Shown piece by piece: positions 49,897 through 54,933 of a stretch of DNA of 54,933 nt (the stretch's first letter is position 1; the number at the start of each line of letters is the position of its first letter). Below the pieces are notes generated by a model that saw only the letters and a list, made by a program, of their open reading frames with translations, did no database searches and had not been told where the DNA came from. Source of the stretch: an uncultured Candidatus Pelagibacter sp. (GTDB lineage: Bacteria; Pseudomonadota; Alphaproteobacteria; Pelagibacterales; Pelagibacteraceae); contig CAZAGV010000001.1 in the NCBI GenBank assembly GCA_964484975.1, positions 1-54,933 on the forward strand, in the 5' to 3' direction. The translations under genes were made by a program, and so were the position numbers.

Positions 49897-50226
49897 ATGA
49901 AAAATTCATTTGATGAAAAAATCTTAGAAGAAGCAAACGATTGGATAAAAATTAATCAAAAAGTAGTTTTAGCAACTGTAATTCAAACTTGGGGGTCATC
50001 ACCTAGACAAGTTGGAAGCAGAATGATAGTAAATGAAAAAGGAGATTTTTCAGGATCAGTTTCTGGAGGCTGTGTTGAGTCTGCAGTAGTTAGAGAATGC
50101 ATAGGATTAATTAAAGATAACAAACCACATAAAAAAATTGAATTTAAAGTTTCTAATGAAAGTGCTTGGGAAGTAGGGCTTGCTTGTGGTGGAGAAATTG
50201 CAGTTTACTTAGAACAGATAAATTAA
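49897..50226 (+). CDS. XdhC/CoxI family Moco chaperone, N-terminal half
   Basis: LATV..TWGSSPR..G, GSVSGGCVE, AW.VGLACGG. Confidence 0.92.
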   Translation: MKNSFDEKILEEANDWIKINQKVVLATVIQTWGSSPRQVGSRMIVNEKGDFSGSVSGGCVESAVVRECIGLIKDNKPHKKIEFKVSNESAWEVGLACGGEIAVYLEQIN

Positions 50227-50233
50227 AAGTAAA

Positions 50234-50368
50234 ATGATAAATTGGCATAAAAGATATATAGAATATTGGAAAAAAAAACTAAACATTTCTGATTATGGGG
50301 TTGCTTGGATATCATTTATTAAGGGAATAATTATAGGTTTATTAATTTATCATTTTTTTATTGTTTAA
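50234..50368 (+). CDS. Unannotated 44-aa single-pass membrane microprotein
   Basis: Manual translation: MINWHKRYIEYWKKKLNISDYGVAWISFIKGIIIGLLIYHFFIV*. Its TAA directly abuts the next ATG at 50369. Confidence 0.75.
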   Translation: MINWHKRYIEYWKKKLNISDYGVAWISFIKGIIIGLLIYHFFIV

Positions 50369-51049
50369 ATGAAACACTCTCAACTTAAGGAAATAATTAA
50401 AAAAAAGGCTTCAAAGACAGAATTTGCAATTGTAACTAATCTTGAAAATGGTTTAAGTACAATTTATGAACCTGGAAAATCATTAAGCAAAGAATTTGAA
50501 ATTCATAAAGAGCAAATTGATAATTTTTTCAAATTAAAAAAAAATGGAGTAATAGAAAAAACAGAAATATTTGTTGAAACATATATTAGACCTATAAAAG
50601 TTATTATTGTAGGAGCAGTTCATATAGCTCAATATCTTGTAGATTTTGCAAAAAGTTTGAACTTTGAAATTTCTATTATAGATCCGCGCGGATATTTTGC
50701 ATCCGAACAAAGATTTCCAGATATGAAAATCATTAATAAATGGCCAGATGAAGCTTTTAAAGAAATAGAAACAAATGAAAATTCTGCCCTAATTGCATTA
50801 ACTCACGATCCCAAAATAGATGATCCGGCATTGCAACACGCTCTTAATAAAAAATTTTATTACATTGGAGCATTAGGTAGCAAGAAGACCCACGAAAATA
50901 GATGTCAAAGATTAAAAGAAGCAGGTTTTAACAATGAACAAATTAATTCAATACACGGACCAATTGGTATTAAACTCGGAGGAAGATCTGCTCCAGAAAT
51001 AGCTCTATCTATTATTGCCCAACTAGTGTCCGAAACTTACAAAAAATAA
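50369..51049 (+). CDS. XdhC/CoxF family, C-terminal Rossmann half
   Basis: IVGAVHIAQ, IDPR..FA...RFP, LTHDPKIDD, YIGALGS, GPIG..LG...PEIA.SI.A. Confidence 0.92.
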   Translation: MKHSQLKEIIKKKASKTEFAIVTNLENGLSTIYEPGKSLSKEFEIHKEQIDNFFKLKKNGVIEKTEIFVETYIRPIKVIIVGAVHIAQYLVDFAKSLNFEISIIDPRGYFASEQRFPDMKIINKWPDEAFKEIETNENSALIALTHDPKIDDPALQHALNKKFYYIGALGSKKTHENRCQRLKEAGFNNEQINSIHGPIGIKLGGRSAPEIALSIIAQLVSETYKK

Positions 51050-51469
51050 ATGCAACAAGTATTTGAAGAAATAAAAATTAAAACCAAAGGACAAGGTTTT
51101 TACAATTTCACGGAAAGTACTTTAGATTGGATTGATAAACAAAAAATTCAAAATGGTATTTTAAATATCAATATATTACATACTAGTGCCTCTTTAGTAG
51201 TTCAAGAGAATGCAGACCCAGATGTATTATATGATCTTAAAAATTTTTTTCACAAATTGGTACCTATGGACACAAAATTGTACAAACATACTACTGAAGG
51301 CAAAGACGATATGCCTGCTCATATAAAATCAGCACTTACTAACAATCAATTAACTTTAAGTTTGAAAAATAAAAGATTAATTCTTGGAACCTGGCAAGGT
51401 CTATATTTGTTTGAACATCGAATTGAAAATCAAACAAGAATATTATCCCATCATTTAATTGGAGATTAA
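51050..51469 (+). CDS. yjbQ: YjbQ/UPF0047 family protein
   Basis: HTSASL..QENADPDV, H..EG.DDMPAHIKS, LGTWQG..L.EHR. Confidence 0.92.
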   Translation: MQQVFEEIKIKTKGQGFYNFTESTLDWIDKQKIQNGILNINILHTSASLVVQENADPDVLYDLKNFFHKLVPMDTKLYKHTTEGKDDMPAHIKSALTNNQLTLSLKNKRLILGTWQGLYLFEHRIENQTRILSHHLIGD

Positions 51470-51472
51470 AAA

Positions 51473-52045
51473 ATGATTAAAGCCATTCTGTTAGCTGCGG
51501 GACAATCTAAAAGATTAAAAGGCGAAAACAAATTAATTAAAAAGTTTAAAAATAAAGCTTTAATTAATCATTCACTACAAGCATTATTTAAGAGCAAAGT
51601 AGATAAAATTGTTATTGTTCTTGGTTATCAGGATAAAGAAGTGAGAAAAGTAATTAAGAAGAATAAAAAAAATATTTTTGTATTAAACAAAAAATTTAGA
51701 TTAGGCATGTCTTCTTCAATTAATGCTGGATTAAGAAAAATAACAAAAAATGACAAAGGATTTGTTATTGTTCAGTCTGATATGCCATTTATTAAGACTT
51801 CAGATATTAATAAAATATATAATTCAATATCTAAAAAAAGAGATTTAGTTCATGCATTAAAATTTAAGAATAAAATTGGCAATCCAATAGGTTTCGATAG
51901 TTCAGTATTAACTAAATTTAAAAGAATGAAAGGTGATGTTGGGGCTAAGTTTATGGTCAAAAGATTAAAAAATAATACTAATTTTATAAAAGTTTTAAGC
52001 AAAAGAGTTTTTAAAGATTTAGATTTGAGAAAAGATTTCAATTAG
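51473..52045 (+). CDS. mocA: Molybdenum cofactor cytidylyltransferase-like NTP transferase
   Basis: ILLAAGQS.R...NKL, GMSSS, DMP, GNP, GD.GA; context of an MCD-requiring enzyme. Confidence 0.8.
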   Translation: MIKAILLAAGQSKRLKGENKLIKKFKNKALINHSLQALFKSKVDKIVIVLGYQDKEVRKVIKKNKKNIFVLNKKFRLGMSSSINAGLRKITKNDKGFVIVQSDMPFIKTSDINKIYNSISKKRDLVHALKFKNKIGNPIGFDSSVLTKFKRMKGDVGAKFMVKRLKNNTNFIKVLSKRVFKDLDLRKDFN

Positions 52046-52484
52046 CTTGGATAGGATTTCCTTTTAGCCATTCACTTTCTTCATTTTCATAATGTTCTTT
52101 TTTCCAAATAGGAGATCTTTTCTTAATTTCTTCAATTATGTATCTAGAAAGAATATACGCTTCCGCTCTATGAGGACAAGCAACTGCAATAATAATGCTT
52201 ATTTCTCCTAATCCCAAATATCCTTTTACATGTTCAATATAAACAGCTTTGTCCTTAATTTTTAATTTTTTGTCTACTTCATTATAAATTTCTTCAAAAC
52301 TTTTAATCACCATTGTATCGTGACTATCATAAGTAATTCCTGTTACTTTTTTATTTTCATTATTTTCTCTAACAGTTCCCTTAAAAATTAATGAAGCGCC
52401 AAATTTAGATGAAGATATAAATTCTTCAGCTTTATTAACTTCTATTTTTTCTTTTTTAAGATCTATTATTTTTGTATGAAGCAT
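52038..52484 (-). CDS. moaE: Molybdopterin synthase catalytic subunit
   Basis: GA...F.GTVR, PHR.EA, IK...PIWKKEHY. Confidence 0.95.
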   Translation of the reverse strand: MLHTKIIDLKKEKIEVNKAEEFISSSKFGASLIFKGTVRENNENKKVTGITYDSHDTMVIKSFEEIYNEVDKKLKIKDKAVYIEHVKGYLGLGEISIIIAVACPHRAEAYILSRYIIEEIKKRSPIWKKEHYENEESEWLKGNPIQAN

Positions 52485-52753
52485 TAACCTCCTCCAATAG
52501 GGGGAATAATTCCAATTTTTTGATCTTTCGTAATTTTATAATTTTCGGAAATAATATTATTATCTTCTGAGCAAAAAGCTGAAGTTTCAATTATTTTTTT
52601 ATAATTTTCATTTCCTTTAAATTTTTCATCTACATAATTAATTATTTTTTTTTTGAAATCTTTAATTGAAATCTTTTCTTTAATATTAAATTCTAAAAAG
52701 TCTTTATCGCTCAAATCTCTACTTGCACCAAATAGTTCAAGTTTAACTTTCAT
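52484..52753 (-). CDS. moaD: Molybdopterin synthase sulfur carrier
   Basis: LFGA.RD N terminus, IIPPIGGG C terminus; lies between moaC and moaE; ATG at 52753. Confidence 0.9.
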   Translation of the reverse strand: MKVKLELFGASRDLSDKDFLEFNIKEKISIKDFKKKIINYVDEKFKGNENYKKIIETSAFCSEDNNIISENYKITKDQKIGIIPPIGGG

Positions 52754-52755
52754 AA

Positions 52756-53301
52756 TCAAAAAATATTTTCTAAAAATTTAGGAAGTCCATCTGGATTTGT
52801 CCACAATCCGCTCTTTCCGCCTTCTTTAATCAATAATTTAACATTATCAATTTTTAGATGTGGATTTACAATTTTACTTAAGTCGTAAATAGTAATTAGT
52901 GCTGCATTAACTCCCATAATTGCTTCCATCTCAACACCTGTTTTTGCAACAGCTGACACGACACAAAATACTTCTAGAGAAAAATCTTCTTCGTGCATAA
53001 TAATTTTAGTTGCAGTGTGATCTATTGGAAGTGGATGACATAAAGGAATTAGTTCACTCGTTTTTTTTACTCCCAAAACAGCAGAAACTTCAGCTAAAGT
53101 TATAGGGTCACCTTTGGGCATTTGTTTATTTTTAATTAGATTAAAAACTTCTTTTCCAACATAAATTTTACCAGAAGCTAAAGCTCTTCTAAAAGTTTCT
53201 TTTTTTGATGAAACGTCAACCATATTAAAAGAATTCTTTTTAAAGATTTCTTTTGCCCAATCTTTAAGCTCTTCTTGATTAATTATTTTTAAGTTACTCA
53301 A
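52756..53301 (-). CDS. moaC: Cyclic pyranopterin monophosphate synthase
   Basis: MVDVS.K..T.R.A, KGD, LIPLCHP, TGVEMEA, K.GGKSG. Confidence 0.97.
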   Translation of the reverse strand: MSNLKIINQEELKDWAKEIFKKNSFNMVDVSSKKETFRRALASGKIYVGKEVFNLIKNKQMPKGDPITLAEVSAVLGVKKTSELIPLCHPLPIDHTATKIIMHEEDFSLEVFCVVSAVAKTGVEMEAIMGVNAALITIYDLSKIVNPHLKIDNVKLLIKEGGKSGLWTNPDGLPKFLENIF

Positions 53302-54288
53302 TTATCCTCCTGTAGTTGATAAATTTTTTGTTAATCCTGTTTCTCCAAGTTCTAAATAATGAGATTCTTTTTTAAAATTAAGTTGTTTTAAAATTAAATC
53401 TTTTAACTCATCTAATTGATCATCTCTTTGAAGCAAGTGTCTAATACTTATTCCCGTATTTCCAAACAAGCACAATCTTAAGTCCCCTCTAGATGTAATT
53501 CTTAAACGATTGCAAGTTTTACAAAAATCTTTTGAATAAGGGGCTATAATTCCAAATTTACCTTTAAATTCTGGATTAATGTAATTTAGAGAAGGACCCG
53601 CATCTTTTCCTAAAGTTTGTTGTATCCATTTATTTTTATTTAAGTAATTTTTAAATATACTTCCTGATACATGATATTTTTTAAAGTAATCAAGGTTATC
53701 TCCCGTTTGCATTAGTTCTATACATCGAAAATCAACTTTATTATTCTTAATGAATTTGGAGAATGCTTCAAAATCTTTTTCTGATGAATTAATCCCATTT
53801 AAAAGGACAGCATTAATTTTTATATTTTCAAAACCCTGATCTTGTAATTTATTTATACCTTTTAAAATTTCTGGAAGTCTATCATGGCCTGTTACATTTT
53901 TAAAAGTTTCACGATTTAAACTATCAACACTTATATTAATTCCGTTTAGTCCACTATTTACAATATTTTTTGCTTTTTGATCTAAATGATAACCATTTGT
54001 GGTTATGAAAACTTTTCTGATTCCGGACTCATTTTTTAAAATTTTAATTATTTCAAAAAAATCTTTTCTGACAGTGGGTTCACCACCAGTTAATCTGATC
54101 TTACAAACTCCTAAATCAGAAAGACTTTTTGCTAATCGCTTTATTTCATTTATATGAAGAAACTTTCTGTTGTCACTTTTGTCAATTTGATAACCATTAG
54201 GTAGACAATATCCACATTTAAAGTTACAAACGTCAGTTATTGACAACCTAATATATCTAAATGTTCTACCGAAATTATCTTTAAGCAT
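53302..54288 (-). CDS. moaA: GTP 3',8-cyclase (radical SAM)
   Basis: CNFKCGYC, RLTGGEP, FC..CNRLR....G.L.LCLF, C-terminal GG. Confidence 0.98.
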   Translation of the reverse strand: MLKDNFGRTFRYIRLSITDVCNFKCGYCLPNGYQIDKSDNRKFLHINEIKRLAKSLSDLGVCKIRLTGGEPTVRKDFFEIIKILKNESGIRKVFITTNGYHLDQKAKNIVNSGLNGINISVDSLNRETFKNVTGHDRLPEILKGINKLQDQGFENIKINAVLLNGINSSEKDFEAFSKFIKNNKVDFRCIELMQTGDNLDYFKKYHVSGSIFKNYLNKNKWIQQTLGKDAGPSLNYINPEFKGKFGIIAPYSKDFCKTCNRLRITSRGDLRLCLFGNTGISIRHLLQRDDQLDELKDLILKQLNFKKESHYLELGETGLTKNLSTTGG

Positions 54289-54337
54289 TTTGTTTAATTT
54301 TTTTTATTTTAAGTTATCATAAATAAAAAATTATATC

Positions 54338-54933
54338 ATGAGCAAAATTCTTACAAATGATGAGATAAGTCAATTTAAAAAAGATGGTGCAATATTTTTA
54401 AAAGGTAAATTTGATATTAATTGGATTAAAAAGCTCCAAAAAGGAATAGCTAGAGATATAAAAAATCCAAGTCCTAGATTTAAATCCCATACTATAGAAA
54501 AAGGAGTGCCAGCTTATTTAGAAGACTATTGGACTTGGGATTTAGTTCCAGAGTTTAAAGATTTTGTCTATAATTCACCTTACGCAAAGATAGCCTCTGA
54601 ATTAATGTCAGCAAAAAAAATAAATCTTGTAATGGATAATTGGTTTATTAGAGAAGGAGGATCAAAATCCTCAACACCTTTTCATCATGATATAAGTTAT
54701 TTTGATATGGAAGGAACCATGTGTGTTCTCTGGTTACCATTGCAGCCAACCGGTAAAAATGAAGGTGTCGTTTGGGTTAAAGGTTCACATTTATGGAATA
54801 AACTTTTTTTAAGAGTTTTATTTAAAGATGGACATAAAATTGAAGGAAAAGAATGCATTATTGATGGAAAAAAATATGAGCTTCCACCAGATATTTTGGG
54901 AAATAAAGATAAATATGAATTTTTACAATGGGA
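54338..54933 (+). CDS. Phytanoyl-CoA dioxygenase (PhyH) family Fe(II)/2-OG oxygenase, partial (runs off the window)
   Basis: Not in the ORF track. Manual translation from ATG 54338: MSKILTNDEISQFKKDGAIFLKG...TPFHHDISY...VLWLPL...VKGSHLW, with the HxD and GSH motifs. Confidence 0.88.
   Translation, partial: MSKILTNDEISQFKKDGAIFLKGKFDINWIKKLQKGIARDIKNPSPRFKSHTIEKGVPAYLEDYWTWDLVPEFKDFVYNSPYAKIASELMSAKKINLVMDNWFIREGGSKSSTPFHHDISYFDMEGTMCVLWLPLQPTGKNEGVVWVKGSHLWNKLFLRVLFKDGHKIEGKECIIDGKKYELPPDILGNKDKYEFLQW

Noticed and set aside
49897-51049. Split xdhC as a disrupted gene
   Set aside because: Two-gene XdhC arrangements are known in alphaproteobacterial form II cox clusters, and both halves have proper starts, stops and motifs.
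2416-52041. About 25 short ORF-track entries antisense or out of frame inside confident genes (e.g. 2416-2790, 12022-12363, 14103-14417, 21877-22191, 39564-39902, 45723-45905, 48162-48374)
   Set aside because: Fully nested in well-supported genes, with Phe/Ile/Leu/Ser-rich shadow composition and no motifs; expected from codon bias.
1-54933. tRNA, rRNA, CRISPR, IS, integrase, prophage or defence genes
   Set aside because: No spacer exceeds about 150 nt, none shows a cloverleaf or repeat-spacer pattern, and no ORF carries such motifs. The Mo block shows no visible att sites or mobility genes. An Infernal/tRNAscan run would be the definitive check.

Overview
Very AT-rich, extremely gene-dense chromosomal segment. 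Gene content, gene order and near-zero intergenic spacing point to a streamlined marine alphaproteobacterium, most likely SAR11/Pelagibacterales (inference, no search run). Bases 1-41.6 kb are core genes: dnaB (partial), rplI-rpsR-rpsF, fabD-fabG-acpP-gmk, rsmA-pdxA-surA-lptDGF, pepA-ndk, purNM, hda-like-aspS, an orphan NrdJ C-terminal domain protein, accCB-aroQ, thiSG, rne, PBP1A, frameshifted prfB, AsmA-like, tyrS, anmK, an iscR-sufBCDSUTA operon with a visible IscR-type operator, and glnA. Bases 41.7-54.9 kb form a metabolic block: YbaK, EamA, homocysteine S-methyltransferase, TauE, moaB, DUF1244, coxG-coxSLM (form II, AYRGAGR), a split XdhC with an unannotated 44-aa membrane microprotein between the halves, yjbQ, mocA, moaACDE and a partial PhyH dioxygenase. 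I saw no rRNA, tRNA, CRISPR array or mobile element. The best leads are the form II Mo-hydroxylase module of unknown substrate with its microprotein, the stand-alone NrdJ-derived protein, and an RNase E lacking the Zn-link cysteines. All calls rest on motif recognition from memory, not database searches.
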